This document shows positions 26,234 to 37,533 of a stretch of 57,201 nt of DNA, piece after piece (the first letter of the stretch is position 1; each line of letters starts with the position of its first letter). The stretch spans positions 1 to 57,201 of the forward strand of contig JAADGM010000110.1 of assembly GCA_013152375.1 (NCBI GenBank), given 5' to 3'. The notes beneath the pieces are model-generated. The model was not told the DNA's origin. It did no database searches and saw only the letters and a list, made by a program, of their open reading frames with translations. A program made the translations under genes and the position numbers. This DNA comes from FCB group bacterium (lineage in GTDB: Bacteria; Fidelibacterota; Marinisomatia; SCGC-AAA003-L08; JACNLC01).

Positions 26234-28957
26234 TCAATGTGCCTCATACCAGCTGTCTCCCACGCCGCAATCTACTTTCAGGGGGACATTTAACTGAATT
26301 GCATTTTCCATCTCATCAACCACTAACTGTGTCAGACTTTCCAACTCCGATTCAGGAACTTCAAAAAGCAGTTCATCATGAATTTGCAGGATCATCTTTG
26401 ACTGAAATCCATTTTTCTTCATTTTTTCATTGATCCGGATCATGGCTAGTTTTATTAATTCAGCGGCCGTCCCCTGGATTGGCATGTTGATGGCAGCCCG
26501 TTCTTCTGCCTGGATCTCCTGAACCCGTGTGGAGGTCAAATTCGGAAGGTGACGTTTGCGGCCAAATAAGGTGGTCACAAAACCCTTTTCCCTGGCTGAT
26601 ATCAGGGTTTCCTCGATATATTTTCGAATCCCCGGATAGGTATTGAAGTAAGAATTGATAAGTTCCCGGGCCTGCTTCATGGGGATACTCAACTCCTGAG
26701 ACATACGATAAGGTCCGGCGCCATACATGATCCCAAAATTCACGACTTTGGCGGAACGACGCATATCATCCGTCACCAACTCTGCCGGAACATCAAATAC
26801 CAGACTCGCCGTGCGACTGTGGATATCAATCCCTTCCTGGAAGGCTCTGACGAGCTCAGGCTCGTTGGAATAATGCGCCATGATCCGCAATTCTATTTGT
26901 GAGTAATCAGCGGAAAGGATTTTCCAGCCTGTTTTCTGCGGAGTAAAAGCTTTACGGATTTCACGACCCAGTTCGGTTCTGACCGGAATATTCTGGAAAT
27001 TGGGTCTCGTGCTCGAAAGCCTGCCTGTGGCCGCAATTGTTTGATTCAATGAGGTGTGAATTCGACCGGTAGTTGGATTTACGTAATTGGGGAATGCATC
27101 AATGTATGTCGTTTTCAATTTTTTCAGATGGCGATAATCCAATATCAGACGCGGCAGGGGATGGTGGCTTTTCAGTCTTTCCAGCACGGTTACATCTGTA
27201 CTGCGCTTGCGGATGGGCTTCAGTCCGAGTTCATCAAACAAGATCACACCGAGCTGCTGAGGTGAGTTGATGTTGAACTCCCTCCCGGCCATATCGTAAA
27301 TCTGTTCCTCCAGTTTCCCGAGTTCCCCTCCAAAAGAACCGGATAGTTCATTTAAAAATGCAAGATCCACATAGACTCCGTTTTTTTCCATCTCTGCAAG
27401 GACCGGAATCAGCGGCATTTCTATCTCCAGCATGGGGCCGGACAACCCCTCTGCGAAAATTTTTTCTTTCAGTACGGCCGCAAGCTGCAGGGCCACATCT
27501 GCATCTTCTGCGGCATAAAATGAGATCTCGTCGAGCGGTACATCAGACATCAACTTCTGGTTTTTACCTGAACCGATGAGATTTGAAATCGGGACCATCT
27601 TGTATTGTAGATATTCCAGTGATAAGACGTCCAGTTTGTAGGAGCGCGCTTCCGGTCTCAGCAGATGAGCTGCGATCATCGTGTCAAATTCAATTCCGTT
27701 GAGATCGATATTGTACCGGCTCATAACAAGAGCGTCATATTTTATATTCTGACCACAGAATTTACTTTTTTCATCTTCAAATATCGGTTTCAGTCTCGAC
27801 AGCAGCTCCCCGAGCTCCAGTGACGGCCGGCCATCGGAATTTCTTTCAGGAAACTGCACGGGGATGTACCAACCCGTATTGGGTGTGATCGAAAAGGATA
27901 ACCCCACAATATCAGCCTCTAATGCTACTACCGAGGTTGTCTCGGTGTCGAAGGATATCAAACTGGCATTGGTCAACTGGGTAACGAGGTCCTCGAGTTC
28001 AGCTCCGGTCGTAATCAACCGGTAATCTTTTGGATGGTCATCGGTGATCTGGATCTCCGTTTTTTCCATGTTACCCAGTTGTTGTAAAACAGAGGGCATT
28101 TCAAGGTCCGTTAACAGTTTTGTCAGGGCGCCGATATTCATGGGACGCCGCTGCAATTCGCTCACATGCAAATTGATAGGAACGTCAAGCCGTATGGAAA
28201 CCAGGTCCTGGCACAGCGGCAGGAGATCCCGGCCGTTTTCGAGGCCGGACCTGACCCGCCGGTTACCGATTTCATCAATATGATCGAGGATATTGGCGAT
28301 TGTGCCATACTTCTGTAACAGTTTGGCGGCGGTTTTGGGGCCGACTCCGTCAACCCCGGGAACGTTATCTGAGGCATCACCCACCAAAGCCAGCAATTCA
28401 ATAATTTTCTCAGGCGGAACGCCCCACTTTTCGATTACGGCCTGCCTGTCGTAAACCGTTGTCGGCCGGAATCGGGTGCCCGGCGAATAGACAAAGATCG
28501 AATCGGTAATGAGCTGCATCATATCTTTATCCCCCGTGAAAATATAGGTGTCCAGCTGATGCTTTTCAGCCTGAACGGCCAGTGTCCCGATGATATCATC
28601 TGCTTCGTAGCCGGAAAGACGGACCATGGGAATATTGACAGCCGAAATTACTTCATAAAGCGGTTCGATCTGCTCAACCAGTTCTTCCGGCATTTTTTCA
28701 CGAGTGGCTTTGTAATCGGTATAAATTTCGTGCCGGAAAGTTTTTTCGGGAGAATCCAAAACCACTGCTAGATAATCCGGATTCTCATCCCGGACGAGCT
28801 TTAGCAGACCATTCATAAAACCGTAAATCGCTGAAGTCTGCCGCCCATCCCGGGTTTTCAGGGGATTGTTGATCATGGCGAAATGAGAGCGATAGATCAG
28901 CGCCATGCCGTCAATTAAGAATAATCTTTGCTTAGTCTGTTTGACCTCTGTATTCAT
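26234..28957 (-). CDS. polA: DNA polymerase I
   Basis: 5'-nuclease 'LIDGMALIYRSHFA', 3'-5' exo 'SFDTETT', and pol motifs 'DYSQIELRI', 'RRSAKVVNFGIMYG' and 'QIHDELLFE'. Confidence 0.95.
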   Translation of the reverse strand: MNTEVKQTKQRLFLIDGMALIYRSHFAMINNPLKTRDGRQTSAIYGFMNGLLKLVRDENPDYLAVVLDSPEKTFRHEIYTDYKATREKMPEELVEQIEPLYEVISAVNIPMVRLSGYEADDIIGTLAVQAEKHQLDTYIFTGDKDMMQLITDSIFVYSPGTRFRPTTVYDRQAVIEKWGVPPEKIIELLALVGDASDNVPGVDGVGPKTAAKLLQKYGTIANILDHIDEIGNRRVRSGLENGRDLLPLCQDLVSIRLDVPINLHVSELQRRPMNIGALTKLLTDLEMPSVLQQLGNMEKTEIQITDDHPKDYRLITTGAELEDLVTQLTNASLISFDTETTSVVALEADIVGLSFSITPNTGWYIPVQFPERNSDGRPSLELGELLSRLKPIFEDEKSKFCGQNIKYDALVMSRYNIDLNGIEFDTMIAAHLLRPEARSYKLDVLSLEYLQYKMVPISNLIGSGKNQKLMSDVPLDEISFYAAEDADVALQLAAVLKEKIFAEGLSGPMLEIEMPLIPVLAEMEKNGVYVDLAFLNELSGSFGGELGKLEEQIYDMAGREFNINSPQQLGVILFDELGLKPIRKRSTDVTVLERLKSHHPLPRLILDYRHLKKLKTTYIDAFPNYVNPTTGRIHTSLNQTIAATGRLSSTRPNFQNIPVRTELGREIRKAFTPQKTGWKILSADYSQIELRIMAHYSNEPELVRAFQEGIDIHSRTASLVFDVPAELVTDDMRRSAKVVNFGIMYGAGPYRMSQELSIPMKQARELINSYFNTYPGIRKYIEETLISAREKGFVTTLFGRKRHLPNLTSTRVQEIQAEERAAINMPIQGTAAELIKLAMIRINEKMKKNGFQSKMILQIHDELLFEVPESELESLTQLVVDEMENAIQLNVPLKVDCGVGDSWYEAH

Positions 28958-29156
28958 ATTGTAATAATCCGTAATGAGAGGGGAAAAAATAACCGCCCAA
29001 CTGATTGGATCTTCTCTTAAAATTGAGCGAAAAGTTAAGTGTTATGATGAAGTAAGAAACAGTGAATTATCTGATGTTCGATTTAATTATCGACACATCT
29101 TCAGAAGGGTAAGCGGCGGTTTACAATAATGGACCCGGAAAATGTAACTGACGGAC

Positions 29157-29633
29157 TCAGGAGCCCTTAGGACCTTCGGACAGAGAGGCTTTCATTTCAT
29201 TGGTAATATAGCCGTAATCCTTTTCTTCTTCAATTAGCCCGGAGCTCTCTTCCTGAATCGCCCTGAGAACATCTCTGCGGCTGATCTGACCCACCAGTTT
29301 ATGATCCCTGACGACAGGGACCCGGCGGAAATTATTCCTCAGAAAGACATCGGCAACGGCAAATATGTCAGCATCGGGATGGATTGTATGAACGGGTGTA
29401 CTCATGTAGTTGGAAACAGGGCCGCCGGGGAGTTCGTGGAAAGTTCCGTTAGCCAGAATGCGCAAACAGTCTTTTTCAGAAAGCACTCCCACAATTTTAT
29501 CATTTTTTACGATCGGTGTCCCCGAAATTTTACGTTCCAGCAGTTTATGAATGGCCTCATATACATCTGTATCGGGGTCCAGTGTAACAACGTCGGTTAT
29601 CATAAAATCTTTTGCTCTGGGTATCCTGTCCAT
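29157..29633 (-). CDS. CBS-domain pair protein
   Basis: Two CBS repeats ('GTPIV...GVLSEKD' and 'RRVPVV...GQISRRD'), 158 aa. Confidence 0.8.
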   Translation of the reverse strand: MDRIPRAKDFMITDVVTLDPDTDVYEAIHKLLERKISGTPIVKNDKIVGVLSEKDCLRILANGTFHELPGGPVSNYMSTPVHTIHPDADIFAVADVFLRNNFRRVPVVRDHKLVGQISRRDVLRAIQEESSGLIEEEKDYGYITNEMKASLSEGPKGS

Positions 29634-30041
29634 AGTTCTCCTTTAGAGTTGGATATCGATTAGGCACGGTATTACGGCTTTTCCCGGTCATCCGTAAAGA
29701 CAATTTATGAAGTCGGAAAGATACAGTTCAACTTATTCCTTTCTCCAACAGACAAAATAAATTGGTATCGACCAAAAAGCATGCTCTGAATCGTCCGGTC
29801 AGATCACACTTTCCGGTGAAAGGAAAGTTGTGACCCGATCTATTTGTTTTAGATATCAAGTTTATTTTTTTGCCCTGACCTGTGGCTGCTGTAAATTCTG
29901 TAAGTAATTTGAAGAAAGTTTTGGCGGACTGAAAGCATATTTACATCACAGGCTTATTAATAATCCCTCCGGAAGGTGGAAAACCACCCCCTGATGATCA
30001 ATTTCATCAAAGTGAGTTATAATTGAATATTTTGTCTCATT

Positions 30042-32957
30042 GTGCGGGATAAAGGAAATAATGCAGCTCTTATGAAACCCCGTATTTTCAAGACCCTCCC
30101 GCGTGAACACATTCAAAGACGATTTTTAATGGGTCAACTGATTATCCTAAGACTCACTATCTTTGGGTTACTGCTGACCCTGCCGCAATGGTCCCTTGCC
30201 GGGAAAGCAAACCAAATTATCAGAGTAGGTGCCTACGACAACCCCCCGAAAATAGCTCTGGAAGAAAAGGGTATGGTGACCGGATTCTGGCCGGATCTGA
30301 TCGAGTATATCGGCCGACGTGAACACTGGGAAATCCAATATGTTCGCGGCACCTGGGCTGACTGCATGCGGAAACTCGAAAACGGAGAAATTGATATCCT
30401 GCCAGATGTAGCCTATACTGAAAAGCGAGCCCGCAGATTCATATTTTCAGCAGATCCCATTATTGTCAGCTGGTCCAGGGTATATGTACACAAGGATAAC
30501 AGGGTCATTCAATCAATAGAAGATTTGAAACAAAAGAAAATAGCTGCCTTGCGGGGAAGCGTCAACTTTCAGGGAGCAGGTGGATTTCGGGAATTAAGTG
30601 AAAAATTTGATTTGAATTGTACTTTTATCGAGCTGGACAGCTATGACAATGTATTTAAGGCAGTAGAGAATCGAATCGCAGATGCAGGTATAACCAACCG
30701 CAATTTCGGGAATAAATTTGCGAAGAATTATACCGTACGGGAGACGCCAATCGTATTTCAACCGATCGATATGAAATTTGCTTTTAATAAGTCTAATCCA
30801 TTAACGCCGCTGCTGGTTTCGACCATAAACCGACAAATCAAAGATATAAAGAATGATGATCATTCGGTTTACTATCAATTACTTAGTAAATATTTTGAAG
30901 GTGAAATTGCTGAACGGAAAAATATTCCCGACTGGGTTGTCACTCTTCTGGAGGTTCTTGCTTTCCTGCTTGTATCATTTTTCATCATCACCCTTATTTC
31001 CAGGATTGAAGTAAAACGAAAAATAGCCCTTATCAATCTGAAGGATCAGAATCTTATTCGAAGTTCCCGGAAATACCGGGAAATATTTAACGCCACCAGT
31101 GATGCAATCATCCTGCACGATGGCGAAACCGGTAGGATTCTGGATGTAAACACCTCAATGCTCAAAATGTACGGCTATTCGAAGGAGGAACTGCCGTCTA
31201 TCAGCATGGAGAACCTCAGTTCAGGGGAGAGCCCGTTTGACAAAACGCACGGGAATGAGAAACTGCAACTGGCCAAAACCGAAGGAGAACAGACATTTTT
31301 GTGGCGGGCCAAAAGAAAGAACGGTCAATTGTTCTGGGTTGAGGTCGCCCTTAAATACACAGATATCGGAGGAGTAGGTCATTATATCGCAGCTATCCGG
31401 GATATCCAACAACGTAAGGAGGCCGAGGATGCCCTTGCAGCAGAAAAAGAGCGCCTGGCCGTCACTCTAGCCAGTATTGGCGACGGAGTCATTGCAACGG
31501 ACATCGGGGGAAAGGTTGTTCTGCTCAACCAGGTTGCAGAAAAACTAACCGGATGGTCCCAGCGGGAAGCCGTCGGCAGGAAACTTGAGGAAATTTTCGA
31601 TATCAGGAATGAAAAAAGCGGTGAGTCCTGTAAAAATCCCGTACAGCAGGTGATGGCCTCGGGGAACATTATTGAATTGACAAATCCCACCTTACTCGTT
31701 GCCAGAGACGGTACAAAAAGACCAATTGGCGACAGCGGCGCTCCCATCCGGGATAAACAGGGAAATTTATTGGGGGTCATACTGGTATTTCGCGATTTGA
31801 CGACCAAGATCAAATCAGAATCAGAACTACTGAAGATCCGGAAATTGGAATCCATCAGCGTTCTGGCAGGTGGTTTGGCGCATGATTTCAATAATCTTCT
31901 CAGTTCAATTCTTGGTAATATCAGTCTTTTAAAAGCCGGTATCAGACCGGATGATAAGAATTTCAAATTGCTGGATGAAGCCGAACGGGCAACCCTGAGA
32001 GCAACCGGTCTGACTCAGCAATTGCTTACATTTTCAAAAGGCGGGGAACCCTTAAAGGAGATTACCTCGATAGAAAATATTATTCGGGAAACGACGGATT
32101 TTATTTTAAGCGGAAGCGGGATTCAGTGCCGCTACAATTTCGACGCCGATTTATTTCCCATCGAAATTGACGCCGGTCAGATCAGTCAGGTGATACAGAA
32201 CATTATCTCAAATGCCAAACAGGCCATGCCAGGCGGCGGTTTAATTGTACTGACCTGTAAGAACCATATCTCTGAACAAGAGAAATTTCTTACTCCCGGA
32301 AAGTACGTCTCCATCCGGATCAGAGATTATGGACCGGGAATTGCTGCCGAAATTATTGATAAAATCTTTGATCCCTTTTTTTCCACTAAAACCTCAGGCA
32401 GCGGTCTTGGTCTGGCCATCTCGGATTCAATCATCAAAAAACATAACGGTTATATTAAGGTGTCTTCCGTGCCCGGTGAGGGAACCGAGTTCAAAATCTA
32501 TCTGCCGGCTGCCGCTTCATCTACTATAAATCCGGAACCACAGCCTGCCAAGACAGCCACTTTATCAGACCTGAAAATATTGATCATGGATGATGAGCCC
32601 GTTATACGGAATGTCGTCAAGGCGATGCTTGAACGGTTGGGATGCCAAGTAATATTATCCAATGACGGGGCTGAAGCGGTTCAATTATATTCTGATTCAT
32701 TGAAAGCTGATAAGCCTATCGATATCCTGATCATGGATCTGACAATCCCCGGCGGAATGGGCGGAAAGACGGCCGTTGAGGCAGTTCATAAATTGAACCC
32801 TGATGCTGTCGTAATTGTCTCCAGCGGATATTCGAACGATCCCGTGATGGCAAATTATAGTAAGTACGGCTTTGCAGCAGCCATTGCCAAACCCTTCAGA
32901 TTTGGGGATCTGAAATCCGTTCTCACAGAGGTTATTAATAATAATCTGCGCTCTTAA
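30042..32957 (+). CDS. Hybrid sensor histidine kinase: periplasmic SBP_bac_3-like domain, TM, 2 PAS, HisKA, HATPase_c, REC
   Basis: A periplasmic solute-binding-like segment, PAS blocks, H-box 'LAHDFNNLL', 'GSGLGLAI', and C-terminal REC 'ILIMDDEP...[14 protein letters not shown]'. The GTG at 30042 is the longest start; ATG at 30129 (MGQLIIL..., signal-like) is more plausible. Confidence 0.85.
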   Translation: MRDKGNNAALMKPRIFKTLPREHIQRRFLMGQLIILRLTIFGLLLTLPQWSLAGKANQIIRVGAYDNPPKIALEEKGMVTGFWPDLIEYIGRREHWEIQYVRGTWADCMRKLENGEIDILPDVAYTEKRARRFIFSADPIIVSWSRVYVHKDNRVIQSIEDLKQKKIAALRGSVNFQGAGGFRELSEKFDLNCTFIELDSYDNVFKAVENRIADAGITNRNFGNKFAKNYTVRETPIVFQPIDMKFAFNKSNPLTPLLVSTINRQIKDIKNDDHSVYYQLLSKYFEGEIAERKNIPDWVVTLLEVLAFLLVSFFIITLISRIEVKRKIALINLKDQNLIRSSRKYREIFNATSDAIILHDGETGRILDVNTSMLKMYGYSKEELPSISMENLSSGESPFDKTHGNEKLQLAKTEGEQTFLWRAKRKNGQLFWVEVALKYTDIGGVGHYIAAIRDIQQRKEAEDALAAEKERLAVTLASIGDGVIATDIGGKVVLLNQVAEKLTGWSQREAVGRKLEEIFDIRNEKSGESCKNPVQQVMASGNIIELTNPTLLVARDGTKRPIGDSGAPIRDKQGNLLGVILVFRDLTTKIKSESELLKIRKLESISVLAGGLAHDFNNLLSSILGNISLLKAGIRPDDKNFKLLDEAERATLRATGLTQQLLTFSKGGEPLKEITSIENIIRETTDFILSGSGIQCRYNFDADLFPIEIDAGQISQVIQNIISNAKQAMPGGGLIVLTCKNHISEQEKFLTPGKYVSIRIRDYGPGIAAEIIDKIFDPFFSTKTSGSGLGLAISDSIIKKHNGYIKVSSVPGEGTEFKIYLPAAASSTINPEPQPAKTATLSDLKILIMDDEPVIRNVVKAMLERLGCQVILSNDGAEAVQLYSDSLKADKPIDILIMDLTIPGGMGGKTAVEAVHKLNPDAVVIVSSGYSNDPVMANYSKYGFAAAIAKPFRFGDLKSVLTEVINNNLRS

Positions 32958-32968
32958 GAAATCAGGCC

Positions 32969-33754
32969 ATGAACGAAATATTAAAGACCATACATCAGAG
33001 AAAATCCATTCGGGCGTATGTACCGGAGCCAATCCCCGCAGAGCTCAAAGAGAAGATCATCGCCGCTGCCCTCCGTTCCCCCACAGCAGGGAACCTCATG
33101 CTCTATTCCATCCTCGAAGTCACTGACCCGGCGAAAAAAGACAAACTGTCAAGAACCTGTGACAACCAGCCTTTCATCGCCCGGGCACCCTGGGTGCTGC
33201 TTTTTCTGGCTGATTATCAGCGCTGGTATGATTTTTATAAAGCTGCCGGAATTGGGTCGGAACCCTCAAAGACAGGTGAGACCCTGCGGAAACCGGATGT
33301 AGGGGACCTCTTCCTGGCCTGCTGTGATGCGCTGATCGCCGCTCAGACTTCAGTACTGGCGGCTGAATCTCTGGGCATCGGGTCCTGTTATATCGGGGAT
33401 ATTATGGAAAACTATGAAACACATAAAAAGATGTTTGATCTGCCGCCCTATGTTTTTCCAATATCCTTAATCTGCTACGGATACCCCACCGCTCAGCAGA
33501 ACCAAAGGCAGAGAAGTTCACGATTTACAAAAGAGCTTATCCTCCACAGGGATACTTATCGAAAGTTAAACAGGGAAAGGGCCGAAATGATGACTTCGGA
33601 ACTCAAGTCCCGCTTTGAAGGGCAGCTCAGGAAGGAAAAATATATTTCCAATATGGGACAACTGATGTATAATCGTAAATTCAATTCAGATTTCATGAAA
33701 GAAATGAACCGCTCTGTGAAAGTCATTATCAAAAATTGGGGTGAAAGCGAATGA
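32969..33754 (+). CDS. Nitroreductase-family protein
   Basis: 'RKSIRAY' start and 'SPTAGNLM' are typical of FMN nitroreductase folds. Confidence 0.7.
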   Translation: MNEILKTIHQRKSIRAYVPEPIPAELKEKIIAAALRSPTAGNLMLYSILEVTDPAKKDKLSRTCDNQPFIARAPWVLLFLADYQRWYDFYKAAGIGSEPSKTGETLRKPDVGDLFLACCDALIAAQTSVLAAESLGIGSCYIGDIMENYETHKKMFDLPPYVFPISLICYGYPTAQQNQRQRSSRFTKELILHRDTYRKLNRERAEMMTSELKSRFEGQLRKEKYISNMGQLMYNRKFNSDFMKEMNRSVKVIIKNWGESE

Positions 33755-33795
33755 GAGCGTGGTTGCCAAAGGTGAATAATAAAAATAATTGTTAG

Positions 33796-34746
33796 ATGAG
33801 CATGACAATGGAACTTGAAAAGATCTCTGTGCTGCTGGTCGAGGACGAACCTGTAGCACGTAAAATTGCTGAACGCATGCTGCAAAATGCAGGCTACCGG
33901 GTAAAATCCGCCGAGAATGGAAAAGAAGCCTGGAAATTGCTGAGCACAGAATTTTTCCCGATCATTATTACCGACTGGCTGATGCCGGAAATGGACGGAG
34001 TTGAACTATGCAAATTGGTGAGAGCGAACGAATTTCCAGGGTATATTTTTATAGTTTTACTGACTTCCATGGACTCCCAGACTGATATTATTGAGGGGTT
34101 GGAATCCGGCGCTGATGACTATTTGACCAAACCGGTTGACAAAGCGGAGTTGATCGCCAGGCTGAAAACTGCAACCCGTATTCTTGAACTGGAAACCAAG
34201 CTGAAAAAGGCCAATGAAGAGATTACGCAGCTCTCAATAACCGACCCGCTGACGGGTATTTACAATCGCGGACACATGGTGCAGCAACTCACGAAAGAGC
34301 TGATTCGGTCAGGTCGCTATAACCGGCCTTATTCCATTGTTCTGGGTGATATTGATCATTTCAAAAAGGTGAATGATACATACGGTCATCTCGCCGGTGA
34401 CACGGTGATCAGAGGTTTTGTAAATTGCCTGAGAAATTCCTGCCGCAAAGACGTGGATCAATTGTTTCGCTATGGCGGTGAGGAATTCATAATCTCACTG
34501 CCGGAGACAACTTTGGAAAATGCCCTTCTGCTGGCGGAACGCATTCGTAAAAAAGTATCTGAAGAAGTGATCTATTATTCCGGAACGGATATCCGGATCA
34601 CCGCCAGTTTTGGAGTTGCAGGCATTCACCCGAATAGTGTGAATTCACAACTGAAACAGGAAGCTGTGATAAAACTCGCGGACGAATTTCTCTACAAATG
34701 TAAAAAAGAAGGCCGAAATAAAGTTGCCGGCGGTTATCTCGATTAA
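33796..34746 (+). CDS. Response-regulator diguanylate cyclase (REC-GGDEF)
   Basis: REC 'VLLVEDEP...ITDWLMPEMDG', a coiled linker, GGDEF domain 'DIDHFKKVNDTYGH', and active site 'RYGGEEF'. Confidence 0.9.
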   Translation: MSMTMELEKISVLLVEDEPVARKIAERMLQNAGYRVKSAENGKEAWKLLSTEFFPIIITDWLMPEMDGVELCKLVRANEFPGYIFIVLLTSMDSQTDIIEGLESGADDYLTKPVDKAELIARLKTATRILELETKLKKANEEITQLSITDPLTGIYNRGHMVQQLTKELIRSGRYNRPYSIVLGDIDHFKKVNDTYGHLAGDTVIRGFVNCLRNSCRKDVDQLFRYGGEEFIISLPETTLENALLLAERIRKKVSEEVIYYSGTDIRITASFGVAGIHPNSVNSQLKQEAVIKLADEFLYKCKKEGRNKVAGGYLD

Positions 34747-34816
34747 ACGAAAAGTCAGCCATGGTTTGCGTCAATAATTTTACAATCTGTAATGAACATT
34801 TTATCTCATTTCAGGA

Positions 34817-35704
34817 ATGCCTAAATATTATTTAGTGGTAAATCCGCATGGCGGCAACGCCAGGGGGAATGCCATCCTGGAGAAAATCAAACCGATTTTT
34901 GAGAAAGCAGGGGCGGAACTTGAAATCAAGCAGACCCGCTATGCCGGGCATGCCCGCAATTTGATCAACTCGGTCGAGTTAGACGGTTACGACGGGTTTT
35001 GCGCCATCGGAGGTGATGGGACGATGCACGAACTCGTCAATGGTCTGTTAACCCGGACCGACGGCCGCAAAATTCCCATTGGTCTCATTACCGGAGGTAC
35101 CGGTAATTCTTTCATGCATGATATGAATTGCCTGGACCCGGTAGTGGCAGTAAAGCGCATTCTGACAGGACGCAGGCGGAAGCTCGACATTGCCAGGGTG
35201 GATGCGGCCGGGGAAATCATCTACGGCTTTAATATTGTCGGTTGGGGGCTCCCCACGGATATCAACATACGGGCGGAGAAAATGCGCTGGCTGGGAAAAC
35301 AACGCTACAATGTTGCCTCCCTGATAGAGGTTTTAAAAAATACCCGTCGGTTGGCCAGGATAAGTATGGATGATCGTAAAATTGCCGGTGATTACGGATT
35401 CATTCTCGGATGCAATACAATTCACACCGGCAATGCCATGAAGATGGCGCCCCTGGCGCAGATTGATGACGGTCTCATTGACCTCATCATCGTCCGGAAG
35501 GCCAGCCGTTTGAAGCTGCTCAGCTTATTCACAAAGATTTTCAAGGGTGGTCACGTGGGTGACCCGGTGGTTGTCTATCACCAGGTCAAGGAATTCTCCA
35601 TTGTGCCGCTCGAGGACCATACTCTCAATATTGACGGTGAACTGGTCGGCAGCACTCCCATCCATGTAAAAATGCTCCCCGGTGAAATTGAAGTTCTGCT
35701 GTAG
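34817..35704 (+). CDS. DAGK_cat-family lipid kinase (YegS/BmrU type)
   Basis: 'NPHGG' and 'GGDGTMHELVNG'; 295 aa. Confidence 0.8.
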   Translation: MPKYYLVVNPHGGNARGNAILEKIKPIFEKAGAELEIKQTRYAGHARNLINSVELDGYDGFCAIGGDGTMHELVNGLLTRTDGRKIPIGLITGGTGNSFMHDMNCLDPVVAVKRILTGRRRKLDIARVDAAGEIIYGFNIVGWGLPTDINIRAEKMRWLGKQRYNVASLIEVLKNTRRLARISMDDRKIAGDYGFILGCNTIHTGNAMKMAPLAQIDDGLIDLIIVRKASRLKLLSLFTKIFKGGHVGDPVVVYHQVKEFSIVPLEDHTLNIDGELVGSTPIHVKMLPGEIEVLL

Positions 35705-35847
35705 GCCCGTTTATAGGTCTGCGTAGGTGTCCTTTTATCCCTTTGGGCACATCAGATGATCACATCCGAAAATATTCAGATTTGTGAATTTGTGGCAGAA
35801 TTCAATGAGTACAAATTTATCAATGAGCCCTAAATTTAGTCTGCGCC

Positions 35848-36411
35848 ATGGAACAACTAACACTGGGAATAATCGAAAAATCAAAGGTCAAAGTCATTGC
35901 TTCGTCCGCATTTAATTTCAGGATTGAACTTGTGGAGAAAATCGGCAAAGACGACATGCCCGACCTTGTTGAGGTCTCTGAGGAGATGGCAAAAATTTTC
36001 GGAAAGCAGGCCCTGTTAACAAGGTCCAATATTAAAAAGTATTTTAATGAGCATACTTTACCTTTCGTAGCCAGGGAAAAGGGGCATATCATCGGCTACA
36101 TCATCGGAGTTCCCCTGGAACATTTTAAAAACGAATCCTGGTCACATTTTGACGTGAATCTCGGCAAGAAAAATACACTTTACACCTATGCCTTTGTCCT
36201 CAAGGAAAAATACCGCAAAAAGGGCGGCTATGCAAAAACCTTGAAAAGGATCTTCATCAACTGGGCCCGGAAACAGGGCTATCGTTATATAACCGGTCAC
36301 ACTCAACAGGGCGTTGCCAGCCATTTTTCACAGAAAACTGAGATTGTAAAAGTTTTCCTGGACTGGTATGGTTTGGGCGTTCCCTTTGAATATTACCGGC
36401 GTCCGTTGTAA
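35848..36411 (+). CDS. GNAT-family acyl/acetyltransferase
   Basis: Motif A-like 'VLKEKYRKKGGYAKTLKRIFINWARKQG'. Confidence 0.6.
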   Translation: MEQLTLGIIEKSKVKVIASSAFNFRIELVEKIGKDDMPDLVEVSEEMAKIFGKQALLTRSNIKKYFNEHTLPFVAREKGHIIGYIIGVPLEHFKNESWSHFDVNLGKKNTLYTYAFVLKEKYRKKGGYAKTLKRIFINWARKQGYRYITGHTQQGVASHFSQKTEIVKVFLDWYGLGVPFEYYRRPL

Positions 36412-36495
36412 TTCCAAATTGCCCACAGACCTCCCTTACAGGATGTTACAACTGGATTATACCCGGGCAAACTCCGACTTTAATAATATCTTATC

Positions 36496-37026
36496 ATGAT
36501 TCATAGAAAACTTTATCTACTGGGGCTCTGCCTGATGACCCTTGGCTACAGCGAATCTCTCTTCAGTGTGTATCTGGCGGCAGGGCCAGCCGAAGGCTAC
36601 GATAAATACCTTGTCCTTGACCCGGACATCCTTTATACCGGCGGAATCGGTGTCTTTGAGGGCTCCGTTTTCATCGAGGGGAATGGTGCGGTCATTGATT
36701 TGCAGGATGGCAGCGGAATCTGGGTTTACGGTGAAGGTGAGACCGTTGGTTCTCTCATTATTCAACGCTGCACGATTCAAAATGGCGGATTCTATGGCGT
36801 AAATTTTGCCGGCATTTCAACAGGCTCACTGGTAAACTGCAATCTGATCAACGACGGTATGGGACTTCAGCTGATGGATACAGTCTCCGTTTCGATAACA
36901 AACTGTAACCTTGTGGATAATGAAATTTACGGGCTGGCTATCTACTCCACGAACCCAACGGCCAACATCAGTTACTGCAATGCGTGGAATAACGGTGAGG
37001 ACTATATGGAAAACTGCCCCGGGTGA
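36496..37026 (+). CDS. Secreted right-handed beta-helix protein, part 1 (ends at in-frame TGA 37024-37026)
   Basis: Signal peptide and repeated 'I..C.I.NN..YG' pectate-lyase-like beta-helix rungs. Confidence 0.65.
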   Translation: MIHRKLYLLGLCLMTLGYSESLFSVYLAAGPAEGYDKYLVLDPDILYTGGIGVFEGSVFIEGNGAVIDLQDGSGIWVYGEGETVGSLIIQRCTIQNGGFYGVNFAGISTGSLVNCNLINDGMGLQLMDTVSVSITNCNLVDNEIYGLAIYSTNPTANISYCNAWNNGEDYMENCPG

Positions 37027-37044
37027 GGCAATATATGGACACCG

Positions 37045-37407
37045 TTGGTGCCCCTCCCCGGAACCGGACTCATCACCGTTGATCCCCAATTTGTCAACCC
37101 CCAGGAAATGAATTACAATTATCTTGAAACTTCAGGATGCATCGATGCAGGGAATCCTGACCTGTTCGATCCGGATCAAACCTGCAGTGATATCGGGGCA
37201 AATTATTATCCGCAGAATTTGAGTCCCACAGGAGACTGTAACGATGATGCTCTGCTCGATGTCATGGATATCATCACGATCGTAAATAACTGCATATTGT
37301 GCGAGCCAGAGGACTGCATGGACTGTTTCTGCGGAGATTTAAATCAGGACGGCAGCGTTGACGTTATGGATATTCTCCTGATTGTCAACACGATTCTTTC
37401 CAACTGA
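37045..37407 (+). CDS. Same beta-helix protein, part 2, with C-terminal dockerin-like module (same frame as 36496-37026)
   Basis: (37045-36496) is divisible by 3 and the only stop between the parts is one TGA. 'DPQFV', 'CIDAGNP', then the dockerin pair 'DCNDDALLDVMD' / 'DLNQDGSVDVMD'. Confidence 0.65.
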   Translation: MVPLPGTGLITVDPQFVNPQEMNYNYLETSGCIDAGNPDLFDPDQTCSDIGANYYPQNLSPTGDCNDDALLDVMDIITIVNNCILCEPEDCMDCFCGDLNQDGSVDVMDILLIVNTILSN

Positions 37408-37533
37408 TCCGGAGTAAAAGCGGGTCGATATTTCCACAGCTCCCCCCTCTTAAAAAGTGAATTGACCGGGTATCCAATCTCATATGGAAATACACCGGCC
37501 TTTTTGCACCGGAACCCCCGTACAGGATAAATG

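Noticed and set aside
37024-37026. Possibility that the organism reads TGA as an amino acid genome-wide (code 4/25)
   Set aside because: Several well-supported genes here terminate at TGA at the expected protein end, for example dnaE2 at 3956-3958 and the HAD gene at 4718-4720. TGA is therefore a normal stop in this genome.
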